Part shown: positions 51,745 through 59,557 of the stretch, in pieces
Layout: the number at the start of each line of letters is the position of its first letter
How positions within the stretch are numbered: position 1 is the stretch's first letter
Source of the DNA: Gammaproteobacteria bacterium
Lineage (GTDB): Bacteria; Pseudomonadota; Gammaproteobacteria; Steroidobacterales; JABDLF01
Assembly: GCA_041609715.1 (NCBI GenBank)
Contig: JBFIQI010000003.1
Location: 1-59,557 of the forward strand
Length of the DNA stretch: 59,557 bases
Reading direction: 5' to 3'
The notes under the pieces: generated by a model
What the model was told of the DNA's origin: nothing
Databases searched by the model: none
Seen by the model: the letters and a program-made list of their open reading frames with translations, nothing else
Position numbers and translations under genes: made by a program

Positions 51745-52431
51745 TTATTTTGCTTCCCGCATCCTCAGGTAAGCATGCCAGTGAATGCGAGCGGCGACGC
51801 TGCGCCAGGGACGCCAGCGCTCGGCAAGCTCATGGCTTTGCGCGTGTCCCGGTCGCTGGGCAAGCCCAAGCAGTTGCGCCTGGGCAAGCTGCAGTGCCAG
51901 ATCACCGGCCGGCCACACGTCCGGTCGTCCCATAGCCAGCAGCAGATAAATGTCAGCGGTCCAGAGACCAATACCTGGAAGAGACATGAGTCGCTCGCGT
52001 ACCGTGTCGTCATCCTGGCGGGCCAGCGAATTCATGCGCAAGTCACCGTTTTGCACCGCCAAAGCCAGCTTATGGCAGTAGCGTGCCTTTTGACGCGAAA
52101 GCCCCGCCCCGCGCAGCCTTGTTTCGCCGAGGCTGGCAATATTGGCAGCTCGTATGCCGCCGGCGAGGGTTTTGAGCCGTTTGTACACGGCAACACCACT
52201 GGCCACAGATACCTGCTGTTCCAGGATGATCTGTATCAGCGTGGCAAAGCCGGGTGGTCGCAAACGAATCTCAGGAACGCCGTGTTTGTGAACTGCCTCA
52301 CGCAGCTGCGCGTCGCGCCGCGTAAGTTCCCGCACAGCCCGTCGATGGGTGGTCAGGTCGAGACGGCGGCGAGTGTTAACGAGCTTCTCTCCAGAGCATG
52401 ACGGCCAAGGATGCGGGCACCAAGACCCCAA
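51745..52431 (-). CDS. HhH-GPD DNA-3-methyladenine glycosylase (AlkA-like); start uncertain
   Basis: ILEQQVS, GLSRQKARY, LPGIGLWTAD, PDVWPAGDL, WRPWRS. Confidence 0.9.
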   Translation of the reverse strand: MGSWCPHPWPSCSGEKLVNTRRRLDLTTHRRAVRELTRRDAQLREAVHKHGVPEIRLRPPGFATLIQIILEQQVSVASGVAVYKRLKTLAGGIRAANIASLGETRLRGAGLSRQKARYCHKLALAVQNGDLRMNSLARQDDDTVRERLMSLPGIGLWTADIYLLLAMGRPDVWPAGDLALQLAQAQLLGLAQRPGHAQSHELAERWRPWRSVAARIHWHAYLRMREAK

Positions 52432-52558
52432 GCACGCTGACCCACATGGGCGTTACCTCGCCCTCGACCAGGACTTCCCAGCCAAAAATAAGGCGCAACA
52501 AGTGCACCAGCGCCACCAGGCTGAAAAGAACGATTGACAGCAGGCTTCCGATTTTCAT
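52376..52558 (-). CDS. Small 2-TM hypothetical protein
   Basis: LVALVHLLRL..GWEV...PMWVS; AGGGGG RBS. Confidence 0.7.
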   Translation of the reverse strand: MKIGSLLSIVLFSLVALVHLLRLIFGWEVLVEGEVTPMWVSVLGVLVPASLAVMLWREAR

Positions 52559-52650
52559 GGTTTTGCCCCCCTTTGGCTGAGTTTGCCGGCCGGCATCAGC
52601 ATTCAGGTATTAAGAGGATAGCTGGTCATATCCAGCCTCGCCCGCGGTGG

Positions 52651-53466
52651 TCAAACAGATTTTCTTGCCACCACGCCCAGCATGGGCGGTGACAGGAAGA
52701 AGCTGGCCGGATTCTCTGCTCGCTGGCGCCAGTCGGCATCATTAGCGTCAAGATCGTCAGCGCTGAGATAGCCTTTTTTCACGAGCTGCGGCAGGTAGCT
52801 GCGCTGGAATGCGCGGACCCACTGCCATACTGCACTGCCGGGGCGGGCGGTTTCGATAATGGGCTCCAAATGAATAACTTCCAGACCGGCTTCCAGCATC
52901 AGACCGGGCAGCTTGTCGCCTATGTCCAGATCGCCGCCGGCATCTGCAAGGCTCTGATGGATCTGCCCAAACACATGTCTGAATATGTCGCTGGCCGGGA
53001 AGGTATCTATGGCCAGGTAATGAAAATAATCCATGACCACCAGGTGCCCACCGGGACGCAGCGCGCTGGCGACGGCATCGATCACGCGGCCCGGGTCTGG
53101 CAAAAAGCACAACAACCAGCGAATAAAGGCGCCATGCACCGAGGCTACCGGTAATCCCGGCTCGAGGGCATCAGCGACTCGCGCGTCAATGTTCTCGACA
53201 GCGCGTTCGCGGCACCAGCCGGACAGTACCTCGATGAACCTTCGGGAATTATCCAGAGCGATTATCTTGCCGTCAGGCCCGACGCGCTCGGCCAGTTCAA
53301 AACTGGTAAAGCCCGGACCGCAACCGAGGTCCAGCAAGCGCTGTCCGGCACCGAAACCGGCCTCATCGTACAAGCCGACCGTGACCGGTCGCCAGATATC
53401 GTGCTGCTTGGCCAGGCGATCGAGTTCGGCATCGCCGGTGCCTAATACGTAAGGGTGTTTTTTCAA
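52651..53466 (-). CDS. Class I SAM-dependent methyltransferase
   Basis: YVLG...ELDRL..QH, LDLGCGPG, LRPGG. Confidence 0.9.
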   Translation of the reverse strand: MKKHPYVLGTGDAELDRLAKQHDIWRPVTVGLYDEAGFGAGQRLLDLGCGPGFTSFELAERVGPDGKIIALDNSRRFIEVLSGWCRERAVENIDARVADALEPGLPVASVHGAFIRWLLCFLPDPGRVIDAVASALRPGGHLVVMDYFHYLAIDTFPASDIFRHVFGQIHQSLADAGGDLDIGDKLPGLMLEAGLEVIHLEPIIETARPGSAVWQWVRAFQRSYLPQLVKKGYLSADDLDANDADWRQRAENPASFFLSPPMLGVVARKSV

Positions 53467-53549
53467 GGCCAGCCACTCCCGGCATGTCGATCACTACCGA
53501 CGGCACGGTGCAGAGCTTAGCGAATTAATCAGTCAGCGGTAAGTCGCAG

Positions 53550-54545
53550 TCAGGACTTCAGGTTGCGAATTTTGAGGGCCGCCATGCGCTGAGTGTCGTC
53601 GAGATCTTCGCTTTTCCACGTAAAGCAGGGTGGGCTGCGGCGCAGCATGGGCCAACTGTTGGTCTCGATAATCTCCTGCAGGAATGCGAGGTTTTGCTCA
53701 ACGGCGTCTATGTAGGGGTTGCGGCCGTCGAATACGGCTTCGAAGTATTGATAGGCCTTGCCGAAGGCGCCGTCCAGGCGATCCCGGGAAGTCATCTTGA
53801 AAAACTCCGGTGTTTTCTTGAGCAGGTCCTCGCCCGATTCATAAAGAACCCGCAACTTGCCGGTATCTTCCTCCTCGGCCATGGCAATACCGCCCAAAAC
53901 GAACTCCGGAAACAAGCGGTCGCGACATTTTTCCAGGTAGCAGCGGTCAGCCATTTGCGCAATCAGGTCTGCGGTGCCAACCAGGTGACCCACCTTTTTG
54001 TAGAGCGGGTCCTGAACCTCGATTGACTCCGGCGCGCGTTCCATGCCGGTGAAATGCACGATGGTGGAGGCAACCCCGGCGGCATGATCGAGACCGACTT
54101 TTGGCAGGTACTCGCCGAGAAACTCGGCACTTCGCGATACATGATGGCGGGTCAGTTCGGAGCCGTTGACCAGCTCCTTTTCTTCTTCCCGGCGGATGTA
54201 GCCGGCGTCGTGAAATAGCGCAACGATCTGTCCTACCGTGGCGCGTTCGACACCAAGGCGACGATTCTCGGGCACAGTTTTTTCATAGCCAACAATGAGG
54301 CGCGCGGTTGCGAGGCTCATATCCAGGGTGTGCTGCATGTCGTGATAGACAGTTTCACAGCCGTGGAAACCTTCCAGTTCTCCACGGAAGAGATCCGCGA
54401 AATCATTAAAGGCTTTGCGTACCGTGGTCAGCCGATCGTTTGGAAAAACCTCCGAAAACAATTCGACAGCAGCATCGCGCACGGCAGTGGGCGAGCTCAC
54501 CTGCACTGTGTTGGTTACGTCAAAATCGCTGCGTCGCTCGCGCAT
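53550..54545 (-). CDS. HD-domain metal-dependent phosphohydrolase
   Basis: YHDMQHT, LFHDAGY, HVSRS, GTADL. Confidence 0.85.
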   Translation of the reverse strand: MRERRSDFDVTNTVQVSSPTAVRDAAVELFSEVFPNDRLTTVRKAFNDFADLFRGELEGFHGCETVYHDMQHTLDMSLATARLIVGYEKTVPENRRLGVERATVGQIVALFHDAGYIRREEEKELVNGSELTRHHVSRSAEFLGEYLPKVGLDHAAGVASTIVHFTGMERAPESIEVQDPLYKKVGHLVGTADLIAQMADRCYLEKCRDRLFPEFVLGGIAMAEEEDTGKLRVLYESGEDLLKKTPEFFKMTSRDRLDGAFGKAYQYFEAVFDGRNPYIDAVEQNLAFLQEIIETNSWPMLRRSPPCFTWKSEDLDDTQRMAALKIRNLKS

Positions 54546-54676
54546 GGCCCGCCCTCGAGGGTAGTTTTACCTGCGCGTCCCTGGCGGGTTTTTGAATTAG
54601 TCTAAAAAAGATTCTGGAATTTTACCACTAACCCTTGTATTTATTAGGGTTATGGTAAATATCAAGGGCCATAGGC

Positions 54677-55453
54677 CTAGTCGTCCAGGGCGAACGTGGC
54701 CACCACCGGCGCATGATCCGAGGGCCGGTCTGCGGCCCGCGGCTTGCGGTCGATACTACTGGCCTTACATTTTTGGGCCAGCGCTTCGCTGGCCAGCACC
54801 AGGTCGATCCGCAGGCCACGGTTGCGGCGAAATGCCGCCATGCGGTAGTCCCACCAGCTGAACAGGCCCGGTTCCTGGTCGAAAAGTCGAAAGGTATCCC
54901 GGAACCCAAGAGCAAGGATCGCCTGCAGGGCCTCCCGCTCCACAGCGCTGCAGTGGATCTTGCCCTCCCAGGCCCGGGGGTCATGCACGTCGGCATCTGC
55001 CGGCGCGATGTTGAAGTCGCCCATAACTGCAAGCTGCGCGGATTCCTCGAGAGCAGATGCCAGCACGTCGCGCAGGCAAGCCAGCCAGCGCAGCTTGTAT
55101 TGGAATTTGTCCGAACCTGGTTCTTTGCCATTGGGCACATAAAGATTAAAAATTCTGATGCCATCAACAGTGGCTGCGACGAACCGCCGCTGGGGGTCGT
55201 CCTCCATGCCGGGCAGAACGAGTTGAATATCTTCTGCCGCGTTGCGCGTCAGAAGCGCGACGCCGTTGTAGGTTTTCTGACCGGTGAACGCCACCCTGTA
55301 GCCAGCAGCTTCCAGCGCCTCCCGTGGGAAGTCGGCATCCGGTAGCTTGGTCTCCTGCAGACCAAGGACGTCCACGGGATTATCAACCAGCCACTCCAAC
55401 ACCTGCTCCAGGCGTACGCGCAATGAGTTTACATTCCAGGATGCGAGCTGCAT
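54677..55453 (-). CDS. xth: Exodeoxyribonuclease III
   Basis: SWNVNS, LQETK, GDFNIAP, SWWDYR, GLRID, SDHAPV. Confidence 0.96.
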   Translation of the reverse strand: MQLASWNVNSLRVRLEQVLEWLVDNPVDVLGLQETKLPDADFPREALEAAGYRVAFTGQKTYNGVALLTRNAAEDIQLVLPGMEDDPQRRFVAATVDGIRIFNLYVPNGKEPGSDKFQYKLRWLACLRDVLASALEESAQLAVMGDFNIAPADADVHDPRAWEGKIHCSAVEREALQAILALGFRDTFRLFDQEPGLFSWWDYRMAAFRRNRGLRIDLVLASEALAQKCKASSIDRKPRAADRPSDHAPVVATFALDD

Positions 55454-55468
55454 GGTTGTTTGCCAGAT

Positions 55469-57529
55469 TTAACTGGCAGCCGTCAGTTGATCGCCGTCAC
55501 CGGCTATACCGGCATGTCTCAACAATGGCTCGATGCTGGGTTCGCGCCCGCGAAATTCCACGAAAGCTTCCATGGCGTCCCTGGTGCCGCCAACTTCCAG
55601 AATGCTCTTCAGAAATCTGCGGCCGGTGGCAGAATCAAAAATCCCTTCTTCCTCGAAGGCTGAAAACGCGTCCGCCGACAGAACTTCCGCCCACTTGTAG
55701 CTGTAATAGCCGGCGGCATAGCCGCCGGCAAAGATATGCGAAAAACCATTGGGAAACCGGTTGAATTCGGGTACCGGAACCACCGTTACCTGGCGGCGAA
55801 CTTCATCGAGAATACGCTGCACCTGGCCCGTTCCTCCGGGCTGGTACTCCACATGCAGGCGAAAGTCGAAAAGCGAAAACTCTAACTGCCGCAGCATCTT
55901 CATGGCCGCCTGGAAAGTGCGCGCACCGCGCAACTGCTCCAGCATTTCATGGGGCAGTGGCTCGCCGCTCTGGTAGTGCCGGGAAATGTAGGGCAGGGCT
56001 TCATGCTCGAAGGCAAAATTTTCCATGAACTGGCTGGGTAATTCGACGGCATCCCAGGCGACGTTGTTGATCCCGGCAACGCTGGGATACTCGGCCCGGG
56101 TCAACAGGTGGTGCAGCGTGTGACCGAATTCGTGAAACAGTGTCAGTACCTCATGGTGGGTCAGCAACGCCGGATCATTGCCTACTGGCGGCATGAAGTT
56201 ACAAACCAGGTAGGCCGCGGGATCCTGCTGATGATCCTGCATGCGTTTGCGGTTGGCGCATTCATCCATCCAGGCGCCTCCGCGCTTGTTCTTGCGCGCG
56301 TACAGGTCTGTGAAAAAACTGCCTCGCAGCTTGCCTTTGTGGTCAAAAACATCGTAGAAACCCACATCTTCGTGATAGCGGGCGACATCCTCCCGGGGGC
56401 GTACCTCGATTCCGTAAAGTTTGCCGGCTATTTTGAACAGACCATCCAATACCACTGGCATGGGAAAGTACGGCCGCAGCTGTTCATCTGAAATGCCGAA
56501 ATTTTTGCGTTTCAGCTTTTCCGAGTAGTAGGCGATGTCCCAGGCTTCGAGGTTTTCGTGACCATGGGTGGTATGCGCATAGTCCGCAAGCATTGCAAAT
56601 TCCCGCTGTCCCGCGGCCCGGGTTTGGGCTACCAGGTCGTTCAAAAAGCCCATGACTTCGTCAGGTGCGCGGGCCATCTTGGGTTCCAGAGACAGCTCGG
56701 CGTAATGGCGGTAACCGAGCAGCTTAGCCATTTTCTGTCTGATGACGAGAATTTCATCCATGACTTCGGTGTTGTCGAAGCGGGCGTCGTGGGGGCCATG
56801 ATCAGAAGCTCTGGTAACCCAGGCTTCGTAAAATTCGCGACGCAAGCCAGCGTCATCGGCGTAAGTCATGACCGATTCATAAGACGGGTAATCCAGGCCC
56901 AGCAACCAGCCGTCTTTACCCTTTTCTTTGGCCGCGTTGCGCGCGCGCTGGATCGCACGCTCCGTCATACCGGCCAGTCGTTTCTCATCCGTAATATGCA
57001 TCGACCATGCGTTGGTGGCATCAAGCAGGTTTTCTTCAAATTTTGCCTGCAGCTTTGACCGCTTGCGCGCCATTTCCCGATAGCTGGCTTTGCCCGCGTC
57101 GCTCAGAGCCACCCCGGAAAGACGAAAATCGCGCAGCGCGTGGGCCAGCAGTTTCTGCTGGGAATCGTCCAGATTGCTGGCGTTACCCGCAACATTCTCG
57201 AATGCAGCAAACAGCCTGGCGTTCTGCCCGATTTCGCTGTGATAGTCCGTCAGTTTGCCCAGGCATGCGTTATAGGCCTCGCGCAGCACTGGATCATTCC
57301 TGACGGCATTCAGATGCGCTACGGGCGACCAGGCCCGGGCCAGGCGCTCATCCGCGGCCTCCAGCGGCTCCACCAACCGCTCCCAGCTGCGCGCCTCTTT
57401 GTCCGCCAGCACCCTGGCGATCAAGGCCCGATTTTCCGCCAGCAGATGATCGATTGCGGGTTCGACATGCGCCGGCATGATGCGGTCAAAAGCCGGCAGT
57501 CGGCGATCTTCTAGCAGGGGGTTGTTCAT
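55469..57529 (-). CDS. prlC: Oligopeptidase A (M3)
   Basis: MNNPLL start, KRGGAWMD, FHEFGH, WDAVELPSQ, GYYSYKWAEVL. Confidence 0.96.
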   Translation of the reverse strand: MNNPLLEDRRLPAFDRIMPAHVEPAIDHLLAENRALIARVLADKEARSWERLVEPLEAADERLARAWSPVAHLNAVRNDPVLREAYNACLGKLTDYHSEIGQNARLFAAFENVAGNASNLDDSQQKLLAHALRDFRLSGVALSDAGKASYREMARKRSKLQAKFEENLLDATNAWSMHITDEKRLAGMTERAIQRARNAAKEKGKDGWLLGLDYPSYESVMTYADDAGLRREFYEAWVTRASDHGPHDARFDNTEVMDEILVIRQKMAKLLGYRHYAELSLEPKMARAPDEVMGFLNDLVAQTRAAGQREFAMLADYAHTTHGHENLEAWDIAYYSEKLKRKNFGISDEQLRPYFPMPVVLDGLFKIAGKLYGIEVRPREDVARYHEDVGFYDVFDHKGKLRGSFFTDLYARKNKRGGAWMDECANRKRMQDHQQDPAAYLVCNFMPPVGNDPALLTHHEVLTLFHEFGHTLHHLLTRAEYPSVAGINNVAWDAVELPSQFMENFAFEHEALPYISRHYQSGEPLPHEMLEQLRGARTFQAAMKMLRQLEFSLFDFRLHVEYQPGGTGQVQRILDEVRRQVTVVPVPEFNRFPNGFSHIFAGGYAAGYYSYKWAEVLSADAFSAFEEEGIFDSATGRRFLKSILEVGGTRDAMEAFVEFRGREPSIEPLLRHAGIAGDGDQLTAAS

Positions 57530-57670
57530 AGCAATTTGGAAGTCGGCTTGTGCAGGGGGCGGCGATTTTAACATGCTGTCGTGGCGTGGCCGCGAGGGGG
57601 CGCGTTGCCAATGCAGTAAACTAATGCCCTTTGGCGGTGCAAGCCCGCACATTTGCATAGAAGGTTTGCT

Positions 57671-59017
57671 ATGAGCGAAAGCTACGATCTGGTGGTAATC
57701 GGTGGCGGCAGCGGCGGCCTTGCCTGCGCTCAACGGGCAGCACTGCATGGCGTGCGCGCCCTGGTGATCGAAAAAGGGCGCCTGGGAGGTACCTGCGTAA
57801 ACGTCGGCTGTGTGCCGAAAAAAGTCATGTGGTACGCGGCCAGCCTCGCCCATGGCCTGCATGATGCTGCCGATTATGGCTTCGATCTGGAGCTTGTGGG
57901 GCATGACTGGCCAAAACTCAAGCGGGCACGGGATGCTTACGTGGAGCGCCTCAATGGCATCTATGCGCGCAATCTCGAAAAGCGCCAGGTCGATCTGGTG
58001 CGGGGCCAGGCCAGCTTTATTGATGAACAAACGGTGAGCGTGGAGGGTGTTTCCTACAGCGCGCCGCATATCGTGATTGCCACCGGCGGCTGCCCGATCC
58101 AGCCAGATGTGCCGGGTGCAGAACTGGGCACGGACTCCGACGGTTTTTTTGAATTCGAGGACTGTCCCGAAAAAGTGGCTGTAGTGGGAGGCGGTTACAT
58201 TGGCGTAGAGCTGGCCGGCATGCTGCATACCCTGGGTTCCGATGTCAGCCTGTTCATGCGCCGCGATGGTCCGCTGAAGAACTTCGATCCTATGTTGCGC
58301 GAGGCGCTGATGGACGCCTTGGTGGACAGTGGGGTCAAGCTGCACATTCACAAAGTGCCACGCTGTCTTGAACCACGCGACGGCAAGCTGGCCTTTTGCA
58401 GCGAGGACGGCGAAGCGTACCAGGGATTTGACAGCGTGATCTGGGCCATTGGCCGCCGCGCCGACACGCGGCACCTGAAGTTGGAAAATGCCGGTGTGGC
58501 GACCGGCGAAAATGACGATATCCCGGTGGACAAGTTCCAGAACACCAATGTGCCGGGTATCTACGCAGTGGGAGACGTCACTGGCCGGGCTGCGCTGACT
58601 CCGGTGGCCATTGCTGCCGGGCGGCGACTGGCTGATCGCCTGTTTGCGGATATGCCGGAGCGTCACCTGGATTATGATTGCATACCCACCGTTGTGTTTT
58701 CACATCCGCCTATCGGTACAGTCGGATTGACAGAAGTTGAGGCGCACGCCCGTTACGGCCATGAAGTGCAGGTGTTCAAGTCCATGTTCACGCCCATGTA
58801 TCACGCTCTGAGCCAGAAAAAGGGCCGCGCTGCCATGAAGCTTATTTGCGCAGGCAAAGAGCAGAAGGTTGTAGGTTGTCACGTGATCGGCATGGGTGCT
58901 GATGAAATGCTGCAGGGATTCGCAGTAGCGGTACGCATGGGTGCAACCAAGCAGGATTTCGACGACACTGTCGCCATCCATCCCACATCGGCTGAAGAAT
59001 TTGTGACCATGGTTTGA
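57671..59017 (+). CDS. gor: Glutathione-disulfide reductase
   Basis: [37 protein letters not shown]. Confidence 0.97.
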   Translation: MSESYDLVVIGGGSGGLACAQRAALHGVRALVIEKGRLGGTCVNVGCVPKKVMWYAASLAHGLHDAADYGFDLELVGHDWPKLKRARDAYVERLNGIYARNLEKRQVDLVRGQASFIDEQTVSVEGVSYSAPHIVIATGGCPIQPDVPGAELGTDSDGFFEFEDCPEKVAVVGGGYIGVELAGMLHTLGSDVSLFMRRDGPLKNFDPMLREALMDALVDSGVKLHIHKVPRCLEPRDGKLAFCSEDGEAYQGFDSVIWAIGRRADTRHLKLENAGVATGENDDIPVDKFQNTNVPGIYAVGDVTGRAALTPVAIAAGRRLADRLFADMPERHLDYDCIPTVVFSHPPIGTVGLTEVEAHARYGHEVQVFKSMFTPMYHALSQKKGRAAMKLICAGKEQKVVGCHVIGMGADEMLQGFAVAVRMGATKQDFDDTVAIHPTSAEEFVTMV

Positions 59018-59556
59018 GGCTGGTTGTGAACCCGCGAATGTACCTGGATTTTGCGCCCGCCCTGGGCCATCGGGTCTATGTCGATCCGGCTGCGCTGGTT
59101 ATTGGGCAAGTATCGCTGGCCGATGACGTTTCAGTCTGGCCCATGAGCGTGGTGCGAGGCGATGTTAATCGCATCGAGATTGGCCCGCGCAGCAACATCC
59201 AGGATGCCAGTGTTTTACATGTCACTCATGACGGCCCCTACACGGCAGGCGGAATTCCCCTGATCATTGGTGCGGATGTAACAGTTGGCCACCGGGTTAC
59301 GCTGCACGCCTGCACTGTGGGTGATCGTTGCCTGGTGGGTATGTCGTCCACGCTTATGGACGGCGCAATCCTGGAAGACGATGTGCTGTTGGCCGCCGCC
59401 AGCCTGGTGCCTCCCGGCAAGCGCCTGCAATCGGGGTACCTGTACCGCGGCAGTCCGGTGCAGCAGATCCGCAGGCTTTCAGAGCAAGAGCTGGAAATGT
59501 TGCGCTACTCCGCCGCGCACTATGTGCGCCTCAAAGACCGCTACCTTTCGGGATAA
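59014..59556 (+). CDS. Gamma-carbonic-anhydrase-family (YrdA-like) protein
   Basis: [20 protein letters not shown], hexapeptide repeats. Confidence 0.92.
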   Translation: MRLVVNPRMYLDFAPALGHRVYVDPAALVIGQVSLADDVSVWPMSVVRGDVNRIEIGPRSNIQDASVLHVTHDGPYTAGGIPLIIGADVTVGHRVTLHACTVGDRCLVGMSSTLMDGAILEDDVLLAAASLVPPGKRLQSGYLYRGSPVQQIRRLSEQELEMLRYSAAHYVRLKDRYLSG

Positions 59557-59557
59557 A

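Noticed and set aside
57530-58666. N-terminal extension making PrlC 1065 aa
   Set aside because: Antisense to gor; the real start is MNNPLL at 57529.

Overview
GC-rich (about 60% by eye) gammaproteobacterial chromosome window, probably origin-proximal. Left flank (+): 3' part of a giant DUF11/SdrD-like/2xOmpA/beta-barrel outer-membrane protein, an AbgT-family transporter, rsmG-parA-parB, the complete atpIBEFHAGDC operon, glmU and glmS. Right flank: HD hydrolase, xth and prlC (-), then gor and a gamma-carbonic-anhydrase-like gene (+). Between them is a ~33.5-kb accessory region (19,963-53,466). It opens with an AT-rich short DpnI-family gene overlapping the glmS stop codon at the attTn7 position. 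It continues with about 40 small, unrelated, mostly minus-strand genes typical of integron cassettes: GNATs, SRPBCC, VOC, RDD, GFA, MAPEG, methyltransferases, a subclass B1 metallo-beta-lactamase and an orphan CdiI-like gene. Main hidden structure: a fossil integron at ~46.5-50.2 kb, with an attI-like site, up to seven degenerate attC sites (none of the confidently aligned ones keeps both canonical R boxes) and possibly a decayed intI 5' stub. The rest of the array has no convincing attC sites; its genes are tightly stop/start-coupled and interspersed with 5'-only gene stubs. All product calls come from motif recognition by eye; no searches were run.
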